Counted from the first letter of the stretch, positions 16,841-27,049 are shown. The stretch is DNA of 32,000 nt from Pyrodictium occultum (GCF_001462395.1 NZ_LNTB01000001.1:1080001-1112000), one strand, 5' to 3'. Made by a program: numbers and translations. The notes: generated by a model not told the origin, from the letters alone.

Positions 16841-16925
16841 CACGCCCGAGGGAGAAGGAGGCCGGGCGGGGCACGCATACTCTATCGGGCTCTTGCGAGC
16901 ATGAGAAGGCAGGCGTGAAAGGTGC

Positions 16926-18119
16926 TTGGCAATGCCCGGGGATAACCTACGGGTACTACACGTGTCTGACACGCATCTCGGGTATAGACAATATGGCTTG
17001 ATAGAGAGGGAGATGGATATCTACCGCGTCTTCGACGAGATTATAGATACTGCTATCCGTGAGAAGGTTGATGCAGTGGTTCACGCAGGCGACTTCTTCG
17101 ACACAACACGGCCCCCGCCACAAGCCATACACCGTGCCATAAGGTCGCTGCGGAGGCTCAACACGGCAGGTATACCATTCATAGTGATACCCGGGGATCA
17201 TGACCTGCCGCGGCGGAGAATGCTCCCGCCCCTCCTCATTCTCGAGGAGGTGCTCGAGGACGTTCACGTGCTGGGGCTCCGGGGCCCGGAGCACCATAGG
17301 CTTAGGACGCGGAGCGGCGAGCTGCTTGTTGCAGGGGTGCGCAACGAGAAGGGGGTTGGGGCCAGGCAGAGGCTGCTAGAGCACCTAGCTAGGCTCCCGA
17401 AGGCTCCGAGGGAGCCCTCCGTGCTGCTGCTCCACCAGTCGCTCCACGAGGTGGCGCCCGAGTATGAGCTTGAGCTGGGCGAGCTGCCCCAGGGCTACTC
17501 GTACTACGCGCTAGGCCACATACACCTCTACCGCCGGTTTGCTGTTGGAGACTCGCTGGCGGTCTATCCTGGCTCGATAGAGGCTCTCCGTGTAGACGAG
17601 GCATCCGCGCAGCCGCGGCGCTACGTATCCCTAGTGGAGCTTGCCCCCGGCCGCACCGTGTCGGTAGACAAGATTGCACTAGAGACTCCGAGGCCGCAGA
17701 TAGTTGAGGAGATAGTATTTGACTCGCTTGACGCCCTCCGCTCCGCCCTGCTGAGGCTCCGTGACCGTCTAGCCCGCTACCCGGAGAGCCGGAAGCCCAT
17801 CCTGCACCTGACCGTATCCAACGTGCCGAGGAGCGCTAAGGCCAACGTCTACAAGACTGTCGAGACTGTTCTGTCGGGGTACGTGCTCTCCTACCGGCTG
17901 AGGGTCGACACTGTTGAGTCTAAGCTCCCGCCCTCGGTGCAGAAAGCATCCTCCAGTATAAAGCTCGAAGGGCTTCTAAAGGACTTTCTCGGCGACGAGA
18001 AGCTGGCAGAGCTGGCCTCGAAGCTCATAGACGTTCTCGGGGCCGACCCCCAGAGCCACGCCGAGGCAGAGGCTATACGTATCATAGAAGAGGCCTTCAA
18101 GCTCAATGAGAGGCGTTGA
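16926..18119 (+). CDS. mre11: DNA repair nuclease Mre11
   Basis: Phosphoesterase motifs LHVSDTHLG, HAGDFFD, GDHD and GHIH. The listed start is TTG 16926; ATG 16932 is an alternative. Confidence 0.9.
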   Translation: MAMPGDNLRVLHVSDTHLGYRQYGLIEREMDIYRVFDEIIDTAIREKVDAVVHAGDFFDTTRPPPQAIHRAIRSLRRLNTAGIPFIVIPGDHDLPRRRMLPPLLILEEVLEDVHVLGLRGPEHHRLRTRSGELLVAGVRNEKGVGARQRLLEHLARLPKAPREPSVLLLHQSLHEVAPEYELELGELPQGYSYYALGHIHLYRRFAVGDSLAVYPGSIEALRVDEASAQPRRYVSLVELAPGRTVSVDKIALETPRPQIVEEIVFDSLDALRSALLRLRDRLARYPESRKPILHLTVSNVPRSAKANVYKTVETVLSGYVLSYRLRVDTVESKLPPSVQKASSSIKLEGLLKDFLGDEKLAELASKLIDVLGADPQSHAEAEAIRIIEEAFKLNERR

Positions 18120-18122
18120 GCC

Positions 18123-20873
18123 GTGATAGTGGAGCGTGTCGAGCTGGAGAACGTGCTGAGCCACAGAAGGACGAGAATAGACTTCGGCCGCGGCATTATA
18201 GCAATAGTGGGGCCCAACGGCGCCGGCAAGAGCAGCATAATAGACGCTATAACATACGCCATGTTCGGCTCACATAGCCGCGGCACACGCAGCCGTAAAC
18301 ACGACCTGATAAGGCTCGGCGCCCATATAGCCCGTATAGCTGTAGAGTTCAGCTCCGGAGGCAACCGGTATAGGCTCCAGAAGGTGGTACAGCGCACCGG
18401 CGCTACGCAAGCGCTCCTCTACCAGCTCGATGACGGCTCCCCAAAGCTAATCGCCCGCGGAGTGGAGAGCGTGAAGGCAGAGCTGCGGAGGATACTCGGC
18501 ATAGACCCCTCGCTCGCAGACCTCCTCCTCGTGACCAGGCAGGGCGAGATAGACAGGATACTAGTGGATAAGGAGAAGCGCATAGATACAATAAACACTA
18601 TACTCAGGCTAAAAGCCATCGAGAAGACCTATGACCGCCTAGCCTCCATACTACGGCTCCTCCGGACGAAGAAGACAATGCTCGAGGAGCAGTACCGGAG
18701 CGAGGAGGCCAGGCTGAGAGAGGCGGAGGAGAGCGCCAAAGAATACGACAAGGTGGCCAAGAAGCTGGAGGAGCTGCGGCCGCTCCTAGCAGCTACGGAG
18801 AAGGAGTATGAGGAGCTGAGGGAGAAGGTAGAGGAGCTGCGGGCCCGCACGCAGCGGCTGGAGGCCCTGAAAGCCAGGATGGCTGAGCTGGAACGCAGCC
18901 TCCAGAAGCTCCGCGAGGAGTACGATGAGGCTCGCTCCGAGTACACGCGGGCCAAGAACGCTAAGGAGGAGTTGGAGAGCCTCCGGTGGATTGAGAAGAG
19001 CATAGAGCTTATAGAGGAGGCGTCGAGGATCCTGGAGGAGCTTGATAAGAATAGGGAGGTACTGGAGGCACTACGCCACAATAGAGAGAAGATCGAGAAG
19101 GAGCTGGAGGGGCTGCCGGAGGCTAGGCAAGCCTGGGAGGAGTATGAGAGGCTCAGGAGACAGGTGGAGAAGCTGGAGGAGGATAACAAGCGCTACCACG
19201 AGGTTAGAACCCGGATTGAGCAGCTTGAGGCTAGGGCTAAGAGGCTGAGAAAAGAAGTTGATACCAAGATGAGGAGGCTTATGGACAGGCTTAGGTCAGA
19301 CATACCCCTGGAGCTCCCCAAGGAGCCCGCTAAGATAGTGGAGAAGCTCGAGTCTATAATAGCAAGCCTCGACAAGGCCGTGGAGTCTACAAGGCTTAAG
19401 CTCGAGAGGCTGAAAGAGGAGGCTGGAGCTAAGAGCTCCGAGATACGCGACTTAGAGGAGAAGCTGATGAAGCTTACGGAGGCCCAGGGCCGCTGCCCGC
19501 TATGCGGCAGACCCCTCACCGAGGAGCATAGGATACAGCTGATATCGAGGCTTAGGCAGCAGAAGAGGAGGCTAGAGGCAGAGCTTAGGAGGATCGAGTC
19601 GCAGGCCGTGATGCTGCGCCGCGAGTACAGCGAGCTGGAGTACAAGAAGAAGCTGCTGGAGAGGCTTGCCAGGACGGTGCAGGGGGAGGCAAAGAGCATT
19701 GAGACCATGATAAAGGAGGCCGAGGAGGCGGAGAAGCAGATAGAAGAGCTGCAGAGAAAGTACCTGGAGTTATTCGCGAAGCGCCAGGAGTACGAGGAGG
19801 CCCGCCACCGGCTCCGGGAGCTGGAGCCGCTGGTAAGTAGGTACCAGAGGCTTCAGGCGCTAGCCGAGCAGTACGAGGAGCTGAAACGGCAGGAGGAGGA
19901 GATAGTGTCAAGGCTTGCCGAGCATGAGAGGAGGCTGGCGGAGATTCTAGACGAGCTGAATATGAGTATGGACGAATTGAGGGAGGCGGCAGAGAGGGTT
20001 AGCCACTACCGCGAGTACCTCGCCGGGCTAAAGAGTGAGGCTGAGAGGCTCCCCAAGGCGGAGGCCAGGCTGAAGAGGCTTGAAGCAGAGATCTCAAGGC
20101 TCGAGGCCGAGCTGGAGAAGACCAGAAAGGAGGTAGAGGAGGCTTCTAGTGTTGAGGCCGAGCTTCAAGAGGCTGAGACAAGGCTGCGCGAGCTTGAGGA
20201 GAGGCTTAAGGACCTGAGGAGCCAGGTGGCTAGGCTGGAAGGTGCAAAAGAAAAGCTCGAGGCTATAGTGTCGAAGATCGAGGTGCTACGCGGCAGGGTT
20301 GAAAGGCTGCAGGAGGAGCTGCAGCGCTACGGCAACGCCATAGCTGCTCTAGAGAAGATAAGACGCGCACTGAGCCCTAACGGCGTGCCACGCGCTATAA
20401 GGCACGCCTTGAAGAATATACTAGAGTACCATCTACGCGACACGCTCATGAGGTTCAACATAGACTTCCTCGATGTAAGGCTCGAGGACGACTACAGCGT
20501 AGTCCTTGTAACACGCGAGGGCGAGAAGACGGTGTCTATGCTAAGCGGTGGCGAGAGGATAGCGCTGGCTATAGCTTACAGGATTGCGCTCGCCCGCGTG
20601 GTGGGCGAGAAAATAGAGTCGATGATAATGGATGAGCCTACTATCCACCTCGACGAGGAGAAGAGGCGCGAGCTCGTAGACATTATAAGGTATGGGCTGG
20701 AGGCAAGCGGGCTTGCACAGCTCATAGTGGTTACCCACGACAGGGAGGTTGAGGAGGCGGCTGACAAGGTGGTGGAGGTCGTTAAGATCGACGGGGCGAG
20801 CACTGTGAGGATACGGGCGCCCGGGGAGAGCACCGCCCTGGAGGCCGGCCTGGCAGCTAGCCCTGCTGGATGA
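18123..20873 (+). CDS. rad50: DNA repair ATPase Rad50
   Basis: Walker A GPNGAGKSS, long E/K/R/L coiled coils, zinc hook CPLC at 19494-19505, signature LSGGE, and Walker B MIMDEP. GTG start 4 nt after the mre11 stop. Confidence 0.95.
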   Translation: MIVERVELENVLSHRRTRIDFGRGIIAIVGPNGAGKSSIIDAITYAMFGSHSRGTRSRKHDLIRLGAHIARIAVEFSSGGNRYRLQKVVQRTGATQALLYQLDDGSPKLIARGVESVKAELRRILGIDPSLADLLLVTRQGEIDRILVDKEKRIDTINTILRLKAIEKTYDRLASILRLLRTKKTMLEEQYRSEEARLREAEESAKEYDKVAKKLEELRPLLAATEKEYEELREKVEELRARTQRLEALKARMAELERSLQKLREEYDEARSEYTRAKNAKEELESLRWIEKSIELIEEASRILEELDKNREVLEALRHNREKIEKELEGLPEARQAWEEYERLRRQVEKLEEDNKRYHEVRTRIEQLEARAKRLRKEVDTKMRRLMDRLRSDIPLELPKEPAKIVEKLESIIASLDKAVESTRLKLERLKEEAGAKSSEIRDLEEKLMKLTEAQGRCPLCGRPLTEEHRIQLISRLRQQKRRLEAELRRIESQAVMLRREYSELEYKKKLLERLARTVQGEAKSIETMIKEAEEAEKQIEELQRKYLELFAKRQEYEEARHRLRELEPLVSRYQRLQALAEQYEELKRQEEEIVSRLAEHERRLAEILDELNMSMDELREAAERVSHYREYLAGLKSEAERLPKAEARLKRLEAEISRLEAELEKTRKEVEEASSVEAELQEAETRLRELEERLKDLRSQVARLEGAKEKLEAIVSKIEVLRGRVERLQEELQRYGNAIAALEKIRRALSPNGVPRAIRHALKNILEYHLRDTLMRFNIDFLDVRLEDDYSVVLVTREGEKTVSMLSGGERIALAIAYRIALARVVGEKIESMIMDEPTIHLDEEKRRELVDIIRYGLEASGLAQLIVVTHDREVEEAADKVVEVVKIDGASTVRIRAPGESTALEAGLAASPAG

Positions 20874-21885
20874 AGAAGTCCAGTGGCTCCCAGCACTGCC
20901 TGCAGGCCAGGGCTATCTCGCTATACTCCCCGCTGAGGACGGCCGGCCCCCGGCCCATCCGGAGCCCCTCTATCTTCTCGACCCCGTCTACCAGGCTCCG
21001 GAGCCATACCCTAATCCCCTCTATGCCCTCAAGCCGCAAGCCGCCTCCACTCCTGCGGGCCCAGACGGGAGTGTCTAGCCCCATGTCGTACAGCTTCCTG
21101 GCAAGCTCTGCCGGGTCGAGGAGGGAGTTGACAGCCGTGCCAGCGTAGAGCCGTGCAGCCACCGCCTCGAAGACTGGCCTCCGGGCGCGGGTGCTACGGA
21201 GCAGCTGGAGGTAGGGGGACACCCTGACTCCTCCTAGCTTGTTCACGCACTCGCCCCATACCTGGAGTCCATAGCCGCGGGCAGCCTCGCAGAGCTTTAT
21301 CCCGTCTACCTGCTCGTCGCCGGATAGGACCGGGTAGAGGGTTTCCAGGGGGCCCAGCCTAGTTGATAGGCCGTGCAGCTCGTCGAGCGCCTCGTCCACC
21401 ACGACCAGCTGGAGGGGTGAACGGCCCTCGAGGAGGGTGCGCTGGGTGAGCGTAACCACTGCAGACCTGCGGAAGGGGAGCCCGTAGAGCTCCAGACCCG
21501 GCCTGGAGTCAACCACGACGAATGCATCCACGACGCTGAAGGGAGGGTAGGGCTGGGGCAGTGCCGGCCTTGACGGGATGGTTTCTGGGAGGCTGCGGTA
21601 CTCCAGCCGCAGGCTCATTCTCCCTCCCCTGTTCCTGGCCACAAAGCACCCGGTGTCCCCTAGCACCTCCACCTCAGCACTCTCAGCGGGCTCTACCCGC
21701 ACCTCGCCGCAGACGTAGAGGATGCTGCACGTGGCCTCGTAGGAGGCTATAGGCGCAGGCCCTGTAGCGTCTACATATACGTTAACGCTGCACACCACCA
21801 GCAATCGCCCGGGCAGCACCCGGAGGAGGCCACAAGATTTAACTACACTACTAGCGGCTAGGCCAGGGGAGGCCTCCAAGAGCAC
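20857..21885 (-). CDS. nurA: Probable NurA 5'-3' nuclease
   Basis: 342 aa. AFVVVDSRPG and QLVVVDEALDE resemble the NurA acidic motifs (xVDxS and hhhhDGxL). Its position next to herA-mre11-rad50 supports the call. GTG start. Confidence 0.55.
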   Translation of the reverse strand: MLLEASPGLAASSVVKSCGLLRVLPGRLLVVCSVNVYVDATGPAPIASYEATCSILYVCGEVRVEPAESAEVEVLGDTGCFVARNRGGRMSLRLEYRSLPETIPSRPALPQPYPPFSVVDAFVVVDSRPGLELYGLPFRRSAVVTLTQRTLLEGRSPLQLVVVDEALDELHGLSTRLGPLETLYPVLSGDEQVDGIKLCEAARGYGLQVWGECVNKLGGVRVSPYLQLLRSTRARRPVFEAVAARLYAGTAVNSLLDPAELARKLYDMGLDTPVWARRSGGGLRLEGIEGIRVWLRSLVDGVEKIEGLRMGRGPAVLSGEYSEIALACRQCWEPLDFFIQQG

Positions 21886-21995
21886 GTTCTCCTTTCATAA
21901 CTACAGATTAGATGTAACTCTTGAACAGCGTTCACACTTCATGGTGGAAATACTTAGTTACATGTTCGGGGATTCCGCCGGCTCGGTGAACGCTT

Positions 21996-23387
21996 GTGCA
22001 GTCCGCAGGAGAGCAGCTCAAGAAGGTACGCTGGGTGGAGCTCCACTTCGTGGACGTGGCCGGCCACCTCCGCAGCGTAGCAGTGCCCTCCAGGGAGGTT
22101 GACGATAAGGCGTTCAAGCAGGGGCTCAACCTGCTCGACGGGAGCAGTGTAGAGGGCTTCGCCGGCATACATGAGAGTGATTACCGTCTCCGCCCCGATC
22201 CGTCGACGTTCGCCGTGATCCCCTGGGCCAAGGACACCGGTAGGATGATATCCGACGTCTACTCCACCGAGGGCAGATTCCCCAAGGACCCCCGCTACAT
22301 AGCTGACCGTGCTATGGAGTACCTCGCCTCCCAGGGTCTTGAAGCCTACTTCGGCCCAGAGGTAGAGTTCATGCTAGTGGACGGCCTCTTCCTCGACGTT
22401 GAGACGCCTACAAAGGGGCTGGGCTACCGTGTTGTATCCCGCGAGTACATGGACTATGAGGAGGAGCTAGGTTTCCAGAGGACTAAGAAGGCCTACCACA
22501 CCCCGTCCCCCATAGACAAGGTGGCTGCTGTAAGGTATGAGATAGCCAGCGTGCTGGAGGACTACTTTGGCTTTAGGGTCGAGTCCCACCACCACGAGGT
22601 TGCTGCACTAGGCCAGGTGGAGATAGACTTTAGGTTCGGCGATCTAAAGACAACCGCCGACCGCGTGGTCACCCTAAAGTACGTTGCCCGCAACGTGGCG
22701 GCAAAGCACGGCATGGCCGCTACTTTCATGCCCAAGCTGGTAGCCGGCGACAACGGTAACGGCATGCACGTCCACGTAAGCCTCTGGGATAGGAGTAGCG
22801 GTAGGAACCTCTTCTACGACCCCAGCGACGAGTACGCAGAGCTGAGCCAGACAGCCAGGTACTTCATAGGCGGGATACTGGAGCACGGGAGGGCGCTGGC
22901 GGCCATCGTTGCCCCCACAGTGAATAGTTACCGTAGGCTGGTACCCGGCTACGAGGCGCCGGTCTACCTGGTCTGGGGTAAGGCAAACCGCAGCGCTGCG
23001 ATACGTATACCATTCTACGAGAAGGGTGTAGAGAAGGCTAAGAGGATAGAGTTCCGGAGCCCGGATCCAACCGCCAACCCGTATCTGGCGTTCGCGGCCA
23101 TACTGGCCGCCGGCCTTGACGGGATTAAGAAGAAGATCGAGCCAGGCGACCCCGTGGACCGCAACGTCTACGAGATGGGTGAGGAGGAGAGGCGGAGGCT
23201 TGGTATAAAGCAGCTGCCGCGTAGCCTCGACGAGGCCCTGGACGAGCTGGAGAGCGATAACGAGTTCCTAAAGCCGATATTCACGAGGGATATCCTAGAG
23301 GCCTACATTGATGTGAAGCGCCGCGAGGCTATGGAGCTACGCCAGTACCCCAACCCGGTGGAGGTCTACATGTACTTCAACCTCTAG
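21996..23387 (+). CDS. glnA: Glutamine synthetase, type I
   Basis: FMPKLVAGDNGNGMHVHVSLW, NSYRRLVPGYEAP, and EFRSPDPTANPYLAFAA. 463 aa, GTG start. Confidence 0.9.
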   Translation: MQSAGEQLKKVRWVELHFVDVAGHLRSVAVPSREVDDKAFKQGLNLLDGSSVEGFAGIHESDYRLRPDPSTFAVIPWAKDTGRMISDVYSTEGRFPKDPRYIADRAMEYLASQGLEAYFGPEVEFMLVDGLFLDVETPTKGLGYRVVSREYMDYEEELGFQRTKKAYHTPSPIDKVAAVRYEIASVLEDYFGFRVESHHHEVAALGQVEIDFRFGDLKTTADRVVTLKYVARNVAAKHGMAATFMPKLVAGDNGNGMHVHVSLWDRSSGRNLFYDPSDEYAELSQTARYFIGGILEHGRALAAIVAPTVNSYRRLVPGYEAPVYLVWGKANRSAAIRIPFYEKGVEKAKRIEFRSPDPTANPYLAFAAILAAGLDGIKKKIEPGDPVDRNVYEMGEEERRRLGIKQLPRSLDEALDELESDNEFLKPIFTRDILEAYIDVKRREAMELRQYPNPVEVYMYFNL

Positions 23388-23443
23388 CGCGCCCTGCAAC
23401 GCTCTTTTCTCCCCTGTGCCCTCTCTCCCCCCGCTCCCGGCCC

Positions 23444-24238
23444 GTGAGGAGGGCTCCGGGCTTTTCCGAGGAGCCGAGTGAGGAAAAGGGGATGCCGGCC
23501 CGAGGCCCGCTAGAAGCCCTTGAGTCCAGGGAGGCGAGGGAGGCGGCCAGGCGGATAGCGTGCCTCGGTCTCTCCTTCCACGTCCTCTCCTACTACGTCG
23601 AGGACACCGGCGTCGATGCGGGCGTGGAGCCCCTCTGCAGCGGGGAGCCGCGCATAGTCATCCATGCTGCCAGCTGCGTGGATGACACGCTCGAAGCGCT
23701 GAAGAGGTCTCTTCCAAGGATACTCGGCGCCCCCATCATGGGCTACACCTTGGAGTGTGTTGAGGGCTTCGGGGGAGAGTACCCGGGGTTCTCACAAGTA
23801 ACAAGCATGATTGTAAGGCTCTTCAGCAACACGTTCTATAAGCCGCTCTCGGAGGCCTCTGTAACCGGCAGAGAGTACTTCGTCGTCATAGGCTGGAACG
23901 GCGAGATAGCCTATGGCCGTGGGGGCGAGTACGAGATACGCCTCCCCCTCATCCCTGCTGTGGCGTTCGCCCACACTCATCCGGGTCTCTCCTGCTACCC
24001 TTCTGCGCAGGACCTTAGCTCCGCCGCCGACTTCCTGGCAGCCGGAGGCCTGGCAGAGTTCCTGGTATCGCGTAGCTGCACGTCCTCGCTGAGGCTCCTG
24101 GCCCCGCTCAGCGAGGAAGACTATTGGACGCTGAGGCGCGTATCGGGCTGCGTTAAGGGGTCCAGGGAGAGCGAGGACTACCTGGAGTGCCTGGCTGCCC
24201 TCAACGGGCTGCGCACCGTGGCCTTTGAGGTGCTCTAG
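23444..24238 (+). CDS. JAB1/MPN/Mov34 (JAMM) metalloprotease-domain protein with a long N-terminal extension
   Basis: A complete JAMM motif H-x-H-x7-S-x2-D, read as AHTHPGLSCYPSAQD, at 23972-24013. The preceding ~160 aa are unassigned. ATG 23492 is an alternative start. Confidence 0.65.
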   Translation: MRRAPGFSEEPSEEKGMPARGPLEALESREAREAARRIACLGLSFHVLSYYVEDTGVDAGVEPLCSGEPRIVIHAASCVDDTLEALKRSLPRILGAPIMGYTLECVEGFGGEYPGFSQVTSMIVRLFSNTFYKPLSEASVTGREYFVVIGWNGEIAYGRGGEYEIRLPLIPAVAFAHTHPGLSCYPSAQDLSSAADFLAAGGLAEFLVSRSCTSSLRLLAPLSEEDYWTLRRVSGCVKGSRESEDYLECLAALNGLRTVAFEVL

Positions 24239-24492
24239 TACTCGGGAGGCGTGAGGGCTCCGCTAGGAAGGCCTAGGCCATCGGCTCGGGGGCGGGGCCT
24301 CCCCTATCTTCGGGTTCTTCACGGCCCCTAGAGCCCCTGGAGGGCTAGGAGGGTTTCCAGACGGGAAGCCTAAATCCTCCCTGGGTGTATACGTGGCTAC
24401 CCCCCGGGGCCGTGCTGAGGTGGACCGGAGCTGATTCCTCGGAGCCCCAGACACGCGGAGAGGGGCTCCTCTAAGTGATGATGCTTCGGGCG

Positions 24493-25776
24493 CTACTGAG
24501 CCCTCCTGATTGTGTCGACCACGTATGGCAGCAGGAGCCAGCCATGCTCTAAGGTCTTGGAGCCGCGCTTCCCACAGACGATCTCGTTGAACTCGCCGGG
24601 GCCCCCGGGGAGTCTGCGCCAGGATAGCATCCAGGGTACCGGGTCGCCGCTGTGGCTCCGGAGGCTCCAGGGCGTCGCGTGGTCCGAAGTCACTAGCACC
24701 GCTACATCGTCTAGGTCTATCCTCTCTATCAAGGGCCTTACAAAGTACTCGTCTATAAGCTCTATAGCATTCTTCTTTCTCTCGAAGTCGCCGTCGTGGC
24801 CTGGCTCGTCGGGGCCTTTTAGATGGACGTAGAGGAATTGGCTGCCCTCCTCGAGAGCCTTTACCGCAGCCTCCAGGCGCTCCGGCAGGTCGCGGGCAAG
24901 GTCACCGGAGGGGGGAGACACCCTGTAAGCCCTCATCCCAGCGGCTCTAGCTATGCCTATCTCTACCGGCATCTCGGCTACGGAGGCCGCACTGGAGAAG
25001 CCGAACCTGCTGGTAATAGGGGGCATCTCGGGTATCCTGTCGCCGGCATCACGCAGGAGCATTGCATTAGCCTTTAGCAGGCCCCTTCTAGCCCTCTCGG
25101 CGTTGACAGGGTGGTTCTCGAGAATCTCTATAGACTTGTCGACGAACTCGTCTACCAGCCTGCAGGTGCGACGAGCTTCCTCCGTGTCCTCTAGAGGCTT
25201 GCACCTGGGGAGAATCATCTCTGGGCTGCTCACAGCCTCCGAGATGAGGCCCTTCCTCACGTAGGCGGGATCTATATTGGAGACGGCGGCGCTGAGACGG
25301 CTTTCCCTGCTCCCTATGACCACTACTGCGCGGTGCCCCACGGTGGCCCTGACCAGGGCGTAGCCGTTCTCGCCTAGCTCCATGCCGTCGAGGGCTGCTG
25401 CAAGACTTCTCGCCTCCTCGCTTCCAAGGCTCCTGCCGACCCTGCGGTCGATTATCCTCCTAGTGGCAGGATCTATTGTCGCGAAGTTCGCTCTAAAGGC
25501 AACCTCGTAGCCGGCCTTTATGCTGAGACCTATCCCCAGGGCCTCGAGCGGCCCCCTCCCAGTATAGTACTTCTCGGGCTCGTAGCCGAGCAGGGATAGA
25601 GTTGCGAGATCGCTTTCCGGCGCTATTCCAGGAGCTACGGGATAGTGGAAGCCGCAGACAGCATGCTCGGCCAGAGCATCTAGGCCCGGAGTCCTCGCCT
25701 CGGAGAGAGGAGTCACACCATCCACCGGCCTATCGGCCGCACCATCGAGTATGAGCAGTATGAGCCTCGGCGCCAC
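24493..25776 (-). CDS. apgM: 2,3-bisphosphoglycerate-independent phosphoglycerate mutase, archaeal type
   Basis: N-terminus LILLILDGAADRPVDGVTPLSEARTPGLDALA, and ...YVHLKGPDEPGHDGD...VTSDHATP.... 427 aa. Confidence 0.85.
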   Translation of the reverse strand: MAPRLILLILDGAADRPVDGVTPLSEARTPGLDALAEHAVCGFHYPVAPGIAPESDLATLSLLGYEPEKYYTGRGPLEALGIGLSIKAGYEVAFRANFATIDPATRRIIDRRVGRSLGSEEARSLAAALDGMELGENGYALVRATVGHRAVVVIGSRESRLSAAVSNIDPAYVRKGLISEAVSSPEMILPRCKPLEDTEEARRTCRLVDEFVDKSIEILENHPVNAERARRGLLKANAMLLRDAGDRIPEMPPITSRFGFSSAASVAEMPVEIGIARAAGMRAYRVSPPSGDLARDLPERLEAAVKALEEGSQFLYVHLKGPDEPGHDGDFERKKNAIELIDEYFVRPLIERIDLDDVAVLVTSDHATPWSLRSHSGDPVPWMLSWRRLPGGPGEFNEIVCGKRGSKTLEHGWLLLPYVVDTIRRAQ

Positions 25777-26042
25777 GCCGCATTCACCATGCCGCCTCCT
25801 GTGCCCGGGCCCTAGCCCGGTTGGGATGCACCGCTGGGCTTCTGACCCGCGGTGGAGGGAAAAGACTTATCCACGGCTCCAAGTGCCTCGGTGCAACGCT
25901 TATTCTCTAGCAGCAGCTTACACGACACCCAGGAGCACCGATGAGGTATTCCGGCGGAGCTGAGGCCCTACCAGGGGCCTCTCCTAGACCCGCCCGCGTT
26001 GATGACCTCTTCGCTGTCCCGAGGCCCCTGCCCACTGCCCTC

Positions 26043-26690
26043 CTACCTGACTAGCGATACCAGGGTGAAGAACGCCACTGCGGCGAGGCCTATCAGAGCC
26101 AGCCTGGCGCCGCTTACCAATACATTCTCGCCGCTCACCTTCCCCAGGTACACGCCCAGCATGAATAGCTCAGCCACCATTATAGCTGCAGACGCGTAGA
26201 CAAGCATAGGTATGGGGGCCTTTACACCCGCGAACGCTGCAACAATGAAGGGAGAAATACCTATTGTTGGGAGGGCTATTGCACCAATACCGCTCCAGAG
26301 CGCCACGTACAGCGGCACCATTTTCGCAGCCTTCTCGTACACGCTCCCACGCAGCGGGTGAGCCATTACCCTCTCGGTCTTGCGGAGCTCTCGAAGCCTC
26401 TCAGCACGCTCGGAGAGGTATGTGGCTACGAACCCGCTGAAGAACCCCATAGAGAATGAAGCTCCCACTACACTACCAACATAACTGATAGGGTTTGTAA
26501 CGCCTCCAATAAAGCTTCCCAACACAACACCAAGTGCTGAGAGCAGTCCATCAAAGCTATTGGTGACAAACATCCTCCTGGCAATGCTCTTTGCATCCAG
26601 GATCCTAACATACCCTTTTATATCGCGATAAAGCCTGGCGATTCGACCGAGGAGCCTGCCCAACAAGGCCGCTGCACAGGCCCCCATCAC
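26043..26690 (-). CDS. VIT1/CCC1-related integral membrane protein (TIGR00267-like)
   Basis: 215 aa. RRMFVTNSFDGLLSALGVVLG is followed by several hydrophobic helices and a central charged loop, ERAERLRELRKTE. Confidence 0.5.
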   Translation of the reverse strand: MMGACAAALLGRLLGRIARLYRDIKGYVRILDAKSIARRMFVTNSFDGLLSALGVVLGSFIGGVTNPISYVGSVVGASFSMGFFSGFVATYLSERAERLRELRKTERVMAHPLRGSVYEKAAKMVPLYVALWSGIGAIALPTIGISPFIVAAFAGVKAPIPMLVYASAAIMVAELFMLGVYLGKVSGENVLVSGARLALIGLAAVAFFTLVSLVR

Positions 26691-26794
26691 CGGGATGAAG
26701 GCTGAGTAGGTAGATTCAACTCCTCCGTAGAGAGGGGCCCAGCAACCGAGAGGGCCCGCCTAGGCCGTATAGGCTTAAAAACGGGCCGCCGCCT

Positions 26795-27049
26795 TCAGCC
26801 CCTAGCCGCTCTCGCCTCCACTCTGCTAGCAGCCAGCCTCCTCTCCCTATACTCCTCGGTCTCGATTACCATACCCCCATTACTGCCGGGCCTGACTATT
26901 ATAGTCATGTCCGGGAGGCGGTAGCCGCACCTGGGGCATCGGTAGTAGTATCTTATCCTCTTGGCGCCGTCGCTGCCGAACTCTATCTCAACGCGATACT
27001 CCATGCGCGTACGACACCTTGGACATGTCCTCTCGCGAGAGGGCTCCAA
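26795..27049 (-). CDS. Zinc-ribbon protein (hypothetical)
   Basis: 84 aa with CPRC...CPRC pairs (TCPRCRTRM ... YRCPRCGYRL). TTG start. Confidence 0.5.
   Translation of the reverse strand: MEPSRERTCPRCRTRMEYRVEIEFGSDGAKRIRYYYRCPRCGYRLPDMTIIVRPGSNGGMVIETEEYRERRLAASRVEARAARG

Noticed and set aside
18403-19911. Several Ser/Leu-rich minus-strand ORFs (186, 171 and 108 aa, among others) inside rad50
   Set aside because: These are the antisense of the GAG/AAG/CTG-rich coiled-coil coding region. The low-complexity translations are artefacts.
21886-21995. GGAA...TTCC pair upstream of glnA as a possible NrpR-type nitrogen operator
   Set aside because: The spacing (about 23 nt) does not fit the euryarchaeal GGAA-N6-TTCC operator, and NrpR is not a known crenarchaeal regulator.
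24470-24512. C/D-box sRNA-like string (GTGATGA ... CTGA ... CTGA) at the apgM 3' end
   Set aside because: There is no acceptable C' box and no correctly spaced terminal D box or terminal stem. The string overlaps the apgM stop region and is likely chance.
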